DNA of 58,922 bases, the filler included, from Dugesia japonica (taxonomy: Eukaryota): NCBI GenBank assembly GCA_001938525.1. It is 5 parts of 5 records of this genome, joined end to end, with 100 filler letters (N's around TTAATTAATTAA, not from the genome) between each part and the next. Parts side by side here need not be neighbours in the genome. Positions count along the whole stretch, not along the records: positions 9,810 to 19,750 come from MQRL01614554.1; positions 19,851 to 38,253 come from MQRL01594789.1; 3 more parts are not named here. The stretch is one strand, 5' to 3'. Below, in pieces: positions 10,889-22,039 of this stretch. Position 1 is the first letter of the stretch. The number at the start of each line of letters is the position of its first letter. A model generated the notes under the pieces. It searched no databases. It had not been told where the DNA came from and was given only the letters and a program-made list of their open reading frames with translations. The translations under genes and the position numbers were made by a program.

Positions 10889-11600
10889 GCATTACACTGA
10901 TGTTAGATGATTAAGTAAGAGAAAATGCTTTAAAGAGGTTTTTTTATCTACAAGAAGAAATAGTCTTCTTCATGCCAATGAAAGACATAGATATTCCTCA
11001 GCTTGCTGGCTCGGTATTCATATCTCGTTTTGCATTTATGATCGATATCACAAAGCATCAGAATAAACTGAATTTGAAGCTCCAAGATTCTAATCGGATG
11101 ACTGTACAAATATTCAAATGCAACCTTTTATTACGGGTAACCAGTTTTTTGAAAGTAATGTGAGTTACTTATCATCACTGTAATCGCTAAAAATGGTGAA
11201 AACAAATTATTTGAAAGAATTCACAAGTATAATTTCAAATCTGTAGCAATCGTTCGACATTCGTTTTCATGAATTTAGCAAACTTCAATTGCAATTTAAA
11301 ATCTTTGCTACGCCATTTGCAGTTGAGACTGTTCAAGACAAATTTCAGATGGGGATATTGGAACTCTAAGACAACACTATTGTAGAGAAATGGATATGGC
11401 TGTTGATGGACTTATTCACCATGAGTGCCAGGATAATATTAATGTTTGTCTCGCATATGTGAGCAAGCAATTCTTCTCGTCATTGAAGAAGATTAACTAA
11501 TCTATTAGGCGATCGGCACTCATTGGCGAACATTTGCGGGCAACCTGACGACTGATTGTATCACGTGATATAGAATTTAATGTTGATGCTTTGATGCTAA
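10889..11600 (+). mobile_element. hAT transposase remnant (Charlie/SPIN, GTF2IRD2-like)
   Basis: HYTDVR*LSK (VRWLS motif), FAFMIDITKHQNKLNLKLQ (LAFLxDIxxHLNxLNxxLQG) and a degenerate C-terminal ICEQ..FS dimerisation motif. Confidence 0.8.
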
Positions 11601-12039
11601 GTAATCATAGTGACAAACGTAGGGATTAGTGACAATTTAATGAACAAACTTTGAACATTTTAGCAGAATAAATATGTTGGTTGTTGATTAAAAAAATATT
11701 TCCATAATTTTCAATAATTACTAAAATTACTGAAAACCAATAAGTAAAGAGCAAATTAGTTTATATTGAATTAATATTAGTGTTATGCACAGTGTTATAA
11801 AGTATTGAAGATTAAATTTTACAATTGTTTTCAAGTAAAATTGAAAAATAGATCCTATAAATTGACAATAACTAAACCTGATCTTAGATAAATTTACTAA
11901 TCGTATTTAGCTGATGTCTATGGAGAAGATATAGAATGAGAGAATAAAAACAAGTACAAAAAACGATTACATATGGTATAAAATTTATTGAATATAACAA
12001 GTTTGAGTACATGGAACTCACACACGTTTATACAATTCT

Positions 12040-12700
12040 TTATACAGAAGTCTTCAATATTGAAAGTTATTCTACTGTCTCTAATTCCAGTTTTGTGGAA
12101 CTTAAATATTTCTGCTTAACAGAATATGCTTGATTTGGAGCAATCTTTTAATATTCCTTTAATTATATATTTGTTTTCAATAATCTTTTCAAGAACACGT
12201 ATGGTTGTGGTTGGAATTGAGCCAAATGATCCAATGAATCCATTATATAATTCTAAGTTAAAGTTTGGATTTGCCAGTTTTACTTTATTTTTAAGTAGGT
12301 CATATTTTTCTAAGTTTTGTTAGTCTCTTCAAAATATTTTTGGCAATCTTAGCAGAGAGTTTGTACGTACATTGCGAATAAAATTCCATTGAAATTCATT
12401 GAGATTACTTTTGTAAATGATTTTATTAATGATTGAGCTCACATGAATAGCTGAGAATATCAAATTGCTCACTTTGCTATTTTTCCATTTTTCAGCAAAA
12501 GAGTCAAAGATTATGTTGTGAATGAAATTTAAAACTAAAGGCATGATTGTGGCCACTGTCAAGAACAGAAGAATGAAAATAGAATAATCAAACTATGAAA
12601 AGACACTGATTTGGCTATCCAATAATTCTTCGGAGAATAAATTTGTTAATGGTTGTAGACTTTTTACTTTTGAACTTTTAGATTTTTAGATTTGCCCATC
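12040..12700 (-). mobile_element. NeSL/Utopia-like RLE non-LTR retrotransposon 3' remnant
   Basis: QWNFIRNVRTNSLL (cf. WRFIHRARLNLL before the zinc knuckle) is joined by a deletion to EKYDLL...GFIGSFGSIP (KxxKY and GxLGS motifs of the restriction-like endonuclease). Confidence 0.5.
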
Positions 12701-14304
12701 AACAGAATTTTAAAATTGGTTTCCACAAAGGAAAAGAAATGGCAAAGAGAGGTTCGCAAATACTTTAGGTCAACTTAGTTTAATTACTAAAAAAAGGAAT
12801 AAAACAGTCGGGCACAAAATATAGTATAATATATCACTGAAATAATATATCACTTAAACGTTTATATTTTCGCTTATTTTATGTTGCATATTAAGTAACT
12901 TTCAGTAAACAGTAGTATATAGAATAGAAGGCATTACACACAGATTTAAGATTTTGTAGTATATATAAAAAGTACAGTGAAATTGATGTCTGAAAATTTC
13001 AATAAGAAACAGTAAAAAAAATTAACAAATTACAAATCATATTGTATATAAATATTTAATTAATAAATAATATAAAATAAAAATGGTAAAACATCTAATT
13101 GAATTTTGAATAATCAACAGTGCGTGGCTATTGACAAAATTGACGAAACAAGCTAGACAATCTCATTGAGATGAATTTGTTTTAAAAATCATTTACAGAC
13201 ACACGCGAATCATGCCAGTGGTTTTCTAGATAATTTGTGTTTTATTTTTCTAATAAACGTTCATTCCAATCGTTCTGTTCAGTTTTAAACCAAATTAATT
13301 ATTTGTTGCAAAATCAGATAAATATTTATAAGTTATAATTACAAGCTAATCCTGTTATAAAAATTAAACGTTCTTTTATTTAACTAGAATATATCATTTT
13401 TTTTATAATACTATATTTTATATATAATAGTACTCATTTTTTATCAAAATAATTTAGGAAAAATAGTTCTTAGTTTTTTTCTGAATTATCAGCCGAGTAT
13501 TTTTTGAAAGATAAGCTTCAGTTTTCTTCGATTTCTAAAAAATATGATATTAACAAAGTGCTTTTATATAATAACAATCATTTCCATAACAATGATTATT
13601 AATATTTAAAAACAATTTTAAAAAAATCATTAAACATATTTTTCGAAAATTCAAATTATTAATATAAAGTTAAATTTATTTAAATTAATTATAATTGTAG
13701 AATATTTTATCTTATATACATTTGTAGAGACCTGGAAAATTTTGTTATGAAATGTTGTTTTTCATGTGGTGTCAATTGTCATTGCTAAACCAATTATCAT
13801 CAAAGAATCATTCAGTAAAATAACTTGATGCCAATGAAACTTTTGCTTTCAGAGAAAATTGTAAAGAAAAATTTAATATAATTGCAAAACTTAGTCAGGA
13901 AATAGAATTTAAAAAATTTCCAAACAATTAGAGATTATCAATTTTGATTTTACTCTTAAAATTAAAACTAAAAATATTTGCTAAACATCGAAATGGGAAT
14001 AATTTTTTTTTTGATAAAAAAGAAATTTATTAATGTGCAAAATAGAAATTGAAAAATAATTCCATTTTTTTTATTTTTCATTTCATTTTTCATAATTGTA
14101 TACAAGATTAAATGAANNNNNNNNNNNNNNNNNNNNNNNNNNNNNNNNNNNNNNNNNNNNNNNNNNNNNNNNNNNNNNNNNNNNNNNNNNNNNNNNNNNN
14201 NNNNNNNNNNNNNNNNNNNNNNNNNNNNNNNNNNNNNNNNNNNNNNNNNNNNNNNNNNNNNNNNNNNNNNNNNNNNNNNNNNNNNNNNNNNNNNNNNNNN
14301 NNNN

Positions 14305-14305
<1 letters not shown>

Positions 14306-14368
<63 letters not shown>

Positions 14369-14800
14369 GTTAATTTAAGACGTTCACAATTTTATTAAAG
14401 AAATAACCCATATTTGAGAATATTAAATTCATATTTGTAAATATCGATTTAAAAAATTACTTATACGAAATGTTTTCAAAAATATACAATATTTCAGTAA
14501 TATATTTCTTGCTATAAAATATTTCAAAAACATTCTTTTCATATATAACAATTATTTAAATTAAACTGTTTTCAAAAACTTTCGTTTTGTACTATCGCAA
14601 AATTCTATTAACATATTTTTTACTACAAAATATTTTAAAAAATTTTAAATTTTCCAAAAAATAATTTTAATATAATACAATATAATATATACCAAATTAT
14701 TCAATTAAATTGAAAAATTTTCCCAGGTATACATCACATATGAATTATTCTAACAATAATTATTATTATAATAATTATTATTATAATTATTATTATTATA

Positions 14801-14831
<31 letters not shown>

Positions 14832-14897
14832 TTATTATTATTATTATNNNNNNNNNNNNNNNNNNNNNNNNNNNNNNNNNNNNNNNNNNNNNNNNNN

Positions 14898-14939
<42 letters not shown>

Positions 14940-14970
14940 GATTATTATTATTATTATTATTATTATTGTA
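14306..14970. repeat. (ATT)n microsatellites at 14306-14368 and 14755-14968
   Basis: Pure trinucleotide runs next to N gaps. They produce the poly-L/Y/I/N pseudo-ORFs. Confidence 0.95.
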
Positions 14971-15124
14971 ACAAAATACAATTATTTGTAACTTTATTTT
15001 TAATGCTATTTGATAAAATAGTTTTAATGAGACACAATTGGAAAATATTTCACTCTTTATTTTATCAATAAAATAATTTTTTGAAATTGTGAACAAAATC
15101 AATAATTTATTTGTCAATACATAG

Positions 15125-15245
15125 ATTCGATTCACACGAGGGAGCAACTCAGGCAATTATTAGAATGCATGGGAAAGAAGTTGGGTCACAGTTATGCAAA
15201 TGTTCTTGGGGGAAAGAGAGCAATGATCTAAAAGAAACATCTCAA
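15125..15245 (+). CDS. TIA1: TIA-1/TIAR (nucleolysin) exon, C-terminal half of RRM3
   Basis: catag|...|gtaagt exon encoding (x)FDSHEGATQAIIRMHGKEVGSQLCKCSWGKESNDLKETSQ, matching TIA1/TIAL1 [32 protein letters not shown]. No other exons were found in the window. Confidence 0.85.
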
Positions 15246-15899
15246 GTAAGTAAAATTTTAAGTGTATTTTGACATGCAATTAAAATGCAGTTTTTTATTG
15301 ATTAATTTTTCACCTGAGAGAATTTTACAAAAAAAACTGTTTAATTTAAAATGATAAAATATGTTTAGTATAAGTAATTTATTTAATTTAATTTAATTTT
15401 TGTTATTTTTTTTAATAAATTTATTAATAACTACCACTAAATTAAATTGATATCATCATTTTCAGAAAACAAATCAACATTAACTAAGTATTGTTTTTGT
15501 TTTACTTTTTCTAATTTTAATCATATTTTCTCAATTATTAGAACTATTTTAGCATTTTATGCTTTTTTATTATTAACATATTAGCAAGTTGATCATTGCA
15601 GTTAAAATTGATTTAACATTTTTGTTGCTTTATTGCATGCATTTATATCAGTTATTGAATTTTCTTCTAATCAATGCCGCTTGAAAAATTGTAAATTTCA
15701 GAAATTTTTCATCAAATAATATGCTAAACGGTGGCGTTTTGATTGCTAATTATTATATAATTATTATATATTGAAATTATTTAAATTTATTTAGTAATTA
15801 TTTTGTTTATTTTTAAAGAATTCTTTGATGAAAATATTTTTTAGATATACTTGTACATTTTAGGTTTTCGTTGAATTCTTGATATCTGGTTTGGTGAAA

Positions 15900-16600
15900 A
15901 AAAAAACCAATCAGACTGACATAAAACTTTATTGTATTTATAAAACTTGAATGGATTCATATGATAAATTCTTCAGGTTCACTAATGTTATGTAGCTCAT
16001 TGTTTCCCCGTTGGAGTTCCAATTGCTTGATATTAGTAATTAAAGTTGCCATTCATTGTTGGTTGTTTATTCGTTGATAACTATTTTGTCTGACNGTTTC
16101 TTTTTGNGGTTTCGTTAATGTATTATATATACAAAGTTAGGAAGTTTACTTTCATTTCTAGCTTGGAGCTTCTGCTTATCACCGCCTGAGTCGAACTTTC
16201 AAGTACTTCATGCATTTGACCTTGACTAGTTCGTTTAAATGGCGTTGTACTTTTATGGATAATTTGGTTCTAAAAGTTTTGAATTGATAGACTGTATTGA
16301 TAACCGAATGGAAGTAGAAAAAAAGCCTTCTTGCTGTACTTTTGACATTCATTAAAAGAGAAAAATAATCAATTAATTTTTTCCGTAAAATCATTCCATG
16401 TTAATTCATTAGAAATCTCGTATTCTTTTTCTTTTTAATAATAATTGAATGTAAACAAACAATTTATTCATGCATTTCTAATAATTACCATTAAACTTGT
16501 ATCAATTAGGGTTTGTTTTCTCTGATTATGTATATTATTTAAAACAGATTTCACCATTATTACTAGAATAATTGTTGGATTTAACAGTGGATTTAGTTTT
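15900..16600 (-). mobile_element. Possible Penelope-like element 3' remnant (RT-EN linker/GIY-YIG start)
   Basis: ILRKKLIDYF..VKSTARRLFFYF..TVYQFK...QRHL resembles the PLE linker and VYxF..RHL. A degenerate cctgaagaa motif followed by AATAAA lies downstream on the minus strand (~15930-15980). Confidence 0.35.
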
Positions 16601-19600
16601 TTAAAGTTTCACTAAATAACAAGGTGGATATAAAAAAGATTTCCTTTTATTTCTTATTAGAGATCTAAATTTTTGATGATATTTATTTTCCGATATTTAC
16701 TTTTTATTTGGAATTCATATTTTTTCATTAACTTAATTTTTCTTCATCAGAGAATGTCCTTCAGTGTTTTTAATCTCTCACTTTTTTTGTTAACCTTATA
16801 CTGTTCCCTACTAATGAAGTTACCAATGCTTGGTTCTTCATACTTTTTAATTGGAGGTTTACTGGTAGTTCATTCACTGTAAATAAAAGTGAACAAATGA
16901 ATTTCATCAATTTAATCTATTGTATACAATACTTATAATACATAAATATTGAATAGGAAGTTAATACACAATTTCTTTCTCTTTCATACGAGATCATCAT
17001 TGTCATATTTAGTTTTTATACAGCTCTTTAAATTTATCCCGTGGTCAGTGTTTATATGCTACTCTCTCCGTATTTATCAGTGTTTTGCAAATATCTCATG
17101 CTTAGGCGCAAAACGTAACATATTCTATAAATCCAAAAGAAAACTTTGTAATGATAGCTTGTTAATTAGTCAATGTTTATATCTATTTTGATGTTCATCG
17201 GCCATAATTTATATCCCTAAAATTGCATATTATCTCACAGGTTATTAAATATTGCTATCTATAGTTGTTATGCTTTTAATTAAACAGTTTGTATACACAT
17301 GTATACCAAGTAAAAATGCAAACCTAGTTTTAATTTAATATTTAATTATTAATTAATGAGTCCAGAAATAAAATCTCTCTATGAATAACAGAGTTTTAAT
17401 CACAAGTTGAACTTTCTTTCTCATCACCTTGTAGAGATGTCTATAGTTTAGTTACTCTCGCCTTGTAACAAAATAATTTCCCAGTAATTATATCCTGACA
17501 TTATTATTGATAATTAATACCAGTGATATTTTGATGAAGCAATGAGATCAAGTAAAGATTTTTTGTTACAGTTCAGCAATATAATTAGTGTATTATTAAT
17601 GAAATTGTTATTTAATTTACTTATTTAATGACATTTATTAAAAATTCTATTGTTATCTACCTGAATTTGTGATAGAAATCAACATGATTTTCGCTTGTGG
17701 TTATACTAAATTTAGATATTGAATATATTAAACAATGAACTCAGGGTAAAGTTACATTTAAAAAAAGTTTCTTAATGGATATTAAGTAAAATAATGTACC
17801 TCTACTGTTGATATTTCAAATGATGAAAATAGAATAATATGGAATAGAATAATATTAGTAAATTTAATTATTTAGTGTAATACCTGCAATGACAAGATAA
17901 GAACTGGTTTCGTTGCATGTAGGTTCTTCTTATATAGTAACTACGGAAATTATTTTTACCTTCTATGCTGAACGAATTCTATTGGTTTCTATTTGTCATA
18001 TCTTTTTTAGTGGCTACCCTTTAGTCCCATTTATCCTTGTCCTTGAAGCTTTTTATGATTTTGATGCGTTTATAGATTAATTTTATTACTATTCCTTCTA
18101 TGTTGCTTAATAATATTTTTTAAAGTTTCTTTCCTCGATTTCAAGATAACGTTGTTTTTAACTTTTCAATAATTTGATTAAAATTTTAATTTCATTTTTA
18201 GCTTTAATTGAAATATTTTTGAATTAAAGTTATACCAATACTTATTGTACTCATTCACTTTTTTTGTCTTACCTTATCAAATTATTTCTGGCATTAATTG
18301 TATTGATTTTTCCAGTTGATCTTTATGTTTCTCACAATATTATTGATATTTTGGTTCTTATAATGCTTCTTAGAAAATGATCTTATATTTTCTTTCTGTT
18401 ATCGGTATATTAAGGCTAGTAGCGCAAATGTTCTATGAATTTGTAAAATTATTTCGTTAAAAATCATTCTCACTTTTGATTGTTTCTATAATCGCCATCG
18501 ATGTCATTCACAGAACCAAAAAAATAATAACAAGTTTAATAATTTGGAAATTATATAGTAATTAGAAAGTTTGTTTTTAACACTGGCATTATATACTTTC
18601 TTGTTTTGGTAACTAGACAACGAATTTCTCAAATTTCACTTTTTGGATACGGTTTTACTGAAAAGTTTTTTTTATTATTCATATATATATATATATATTA
18701 TTTTGTCGTGTATTTCGTATTTTACAGAGGATTTCATTAAAATTTATTTCGATTTCACAAATAATTATTTTACAAAATACTTAATTTACACTCATTTTAA
18801 TTAGGAAGTGATACCAAAACTTTGAATAGAACTATCTATAGTTGATGAGAATATTTACTTTCTCCAAAAAGATTTGTAATATGGATTGAAATGTTTCGGT
18901 ATATTTGAAATTACATTTTCAATGTATTCTTTTACCATATCTTTTAAGCCTATCTGAGTAATAGAATTATCATTTTTCCATCACTTTTCTAATATCATCA
19001 TACAAATTCAATTTATCAATAAGATTTCTTACAGGTTTCATCATAATATTAGAGAAGACAGCATTTGATTCTTCAATTTTCTGGATCGCTTTTATAACTG
19101 TTTATTACTTTTATCACCTAAATATATTTTCAGGTAAATTTTTTGGCTGACTTCGTTAAAACAATTTGATTTATTTAATTGAATTTGTCTTCATTGAGTT
19201 TGACAGTATTTCTCTTTCTGTTTTATCAACATGAATTTTCATTTTAAACAATGGTAGATTTAAAACTGATTATTTAAACTATTTCTTAGTGAAAAATAAT
19301 TATTTATGTAATCGAAAAAATTATTTATGAAAATAAAATCATTTTTAATGAGATTCCCTGTAATTAAAACAAAATATTTATTTTAATATGTTTTTAAACC
19401 AACATTCTTATGAAAACAATTGTTAATTATTTATTTAAGTTCAATGGAGGCAGAGGTAATTACTTTTAAAAATTCTAGTTTTACTCAGAAACTATTAGAA
19501 CTTTGGTTAATTCATTTATCATAAAATTATTTATAATTTGCCTTTTAATATTTAACCCATTTTCGCCCACTGCACTCATTTAAGTACGCTTTATAAATCT

Positions 19601-22039
19601 GAAAATAGAGTAACATATAATGAGCATGCATTATATAGTATAATTGAACCTTGTGGAAGTTACCAAAATTATTATAATATTATTGATTCAATTAATAAGA
19701 AAGTCTAAAAAATTTATTTCAAAACATTTGTTTTTAAAAATTTATGTGCGNNNNNNNNNNNNNNNNNNNNNNNNNNNNNNNNNNNNNNNNNNNNTTAATT
19801 AATTAANNNNNNNNNNNNNNNNNNNNNNNNNNNNNNNNNNNNNNNNNNNNAAAGACAAAGTATTTATTAATAATAATATATTTCATTTAAAATAAAAGCT
19901 TCGATCAACATTTTTGTTTTTTTGTATTTGATAACAATTCGATATTTCGACAAAGATTTGATATAATCACCTAAAAATTACCCAAACTGATCAATCCCGA
20001 AGAAATAATTGATCAAATTAAACCAGTCTGATGAAATTTTCAACCAAATCACACAAAACTGACCATTCCCGAGTAAAAATTTCACCAAAATCGCCTGAAC
20101 CAACCAAAAATCGACTCACCGATGAAGTTTCAGACAACAACCTATTCATCAACAACAGGAAAAAACATGAAAAATACTAAGATAAAACAAATCAATTAAT
20201 AAATTTAAATAGCATGGATAAATCAAAGCAAATATTCTCAAGAATTAAAATTTCANNNNNNNNNNNNNNNNNNNNNNNNNNNNNNNNNNNNNNNNNNNNN
20301 NNNNNAAAGACAAAGTATTTATTAATAATAATATATTTCATTTAAAATAAAAGCTTCGATCAACATTTTTGTTTTTTTGTATTTGATAACAATTCGATAT
20401 TTCGACAAAGATTTGATATAATCACCTAAAAATTACCCAAACTGATCAATCCCGAAGAAATAATTGATCAAATTAAACCAGTCTGATGAAATTTTCAACC
20501 AAATCACACAAAACTGACCATTCCCGAGTAAAAATTTCACCNNNNNNNNNNNNNNNNNNNNNNNNNNNNNNNNNNNNNNNNNNNNNNNNNNNNNNNNNNN
20601 NNNNNNNNNNNNNNNNNNNNNNNNNNNNNNNNNNNNATAAAACAAATCAATTAATAAATTTAAATAGCATGGATAAATCAAAGCAAATATTCTCAAGAAT
20701 TAAAATTTCAGTTATCTTTCAAGAAATTAAAGTGACTATTTTTGAAATTTTTAAATGAGACCAATGATTTAATCGAACAATTATCTGAATAAAAACTAAA
20801 ACATAACATACGTTTTAAATCAGTCATTCGTTAACAATAATCAAAATAACAATTCCAAACAACCGATCATCAATCAATGCATTTATTATTATAATGATAT
20901 TAAACTCGTGAATATTTAATTTTGTCAATCAATAATAAATTCTGTTAGAACTTGAACATTTATAAATTATTCGTTTAGTTTTACTCTGTGATTTCCATTA
21001 TTTATATAACTCTTGATATTTCGATAATTTTCTTAAATTATTAATTTTGTAAATACTAAATGGGATCTACGGGATTCCATCAAGATAATGAATAACAAAT
21101 TTTAAGAATAACTGCTCAAATTTAAAAACAATTGATTGCAAAGATTGGTTAAGATCAAGAATTTTTATTGGTCACAAGCACTAATTTAATGTTAAATTAT
21201 TTCATGTATGAACCCTGTGTAAAGAACATGTACATTGTTGAGAAGAATAATCTAGAAACACTATGTTAAATTACACGATGTTATCATCCGTCATTAAATA
21301 ATCATCAAATTTCATTAAAGATTCGAATTTAAAATGAATCAAATTGCAATTTGAAGGCACTTCATAGCAGAACTGAAAATTTCACTGTACTATCCGAAGA
21401 AAGTGTTATTTAATTTCAATATTTTTTTAGCGTTTATTATTTCTTCAAAATGATCAATTTTAATCTTTAAACAAATAATTAGTTTCGACGTCATTAAAAA
21501 TAATAATAATTATAAAATGTTGATAATTACTTTATATTGTTAAAAAACACAAATGAATTGTAAATTTTTATTTCAGAATCATAAATGACAAAAAAGTTCA
21601 AAATAATCAATACATCGGTAATTTGAAATACAATATTGATTATTTCTTCTATTTTTCGCCAGTAATATACCATTATCAGAAAAGATTATCCAAACAATTT
21701 AGTATACACAATTTTAAAATGACACAATATAAATACATATCCACACAAAAATTAAAAAAATATTGATAACATTCAAAAAAGTAACAATAAAGAGAATATA
21801 TAGATTCTATTACAAATTAACAATATAACAAGTAGATATCAAAATATTTGTCAAGACTTTTTGGAATTAACACGCTCAAGTCATTATGAAACTGAAATTT
21901 CATAATTACTAAAGTGGAATTCAAAAATTCACAAACATACTGAATATTTCACAAGGAAATATTCCAAGACAAAATAGTTGGTCGATTTTAATTTTAATAA
22001 ACACATTTTTATAAAGAATTATATAAATTAAAAATATTA

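Noticed and set aside
13117-13865. Candidate additional TIA-1 exons (13120-13170, 13730-13860)
   Set aside because: Splice-like boundaries exist, but the translations contain stops or show no RRM similarity.
14096-15156. Poly-L/Y/I/N ORFs
   Set aside because: Translations of (ATT)n microsatellites and N gaps.
16705-16760. CTGATGA...GAAA on the minus strand resembling a hammerhead
   Set aside because: No pairable stem II, and the family tail is absent.
19851-20710. Apparent tandem duplication (19851-20255 vs 20306-20710)
   Set aside because: Identical copies on either side of an N gap indicate an unmerged contig overlap. The second hammerhead half-motif at ~20392 is therefore not counted as an independent copy.
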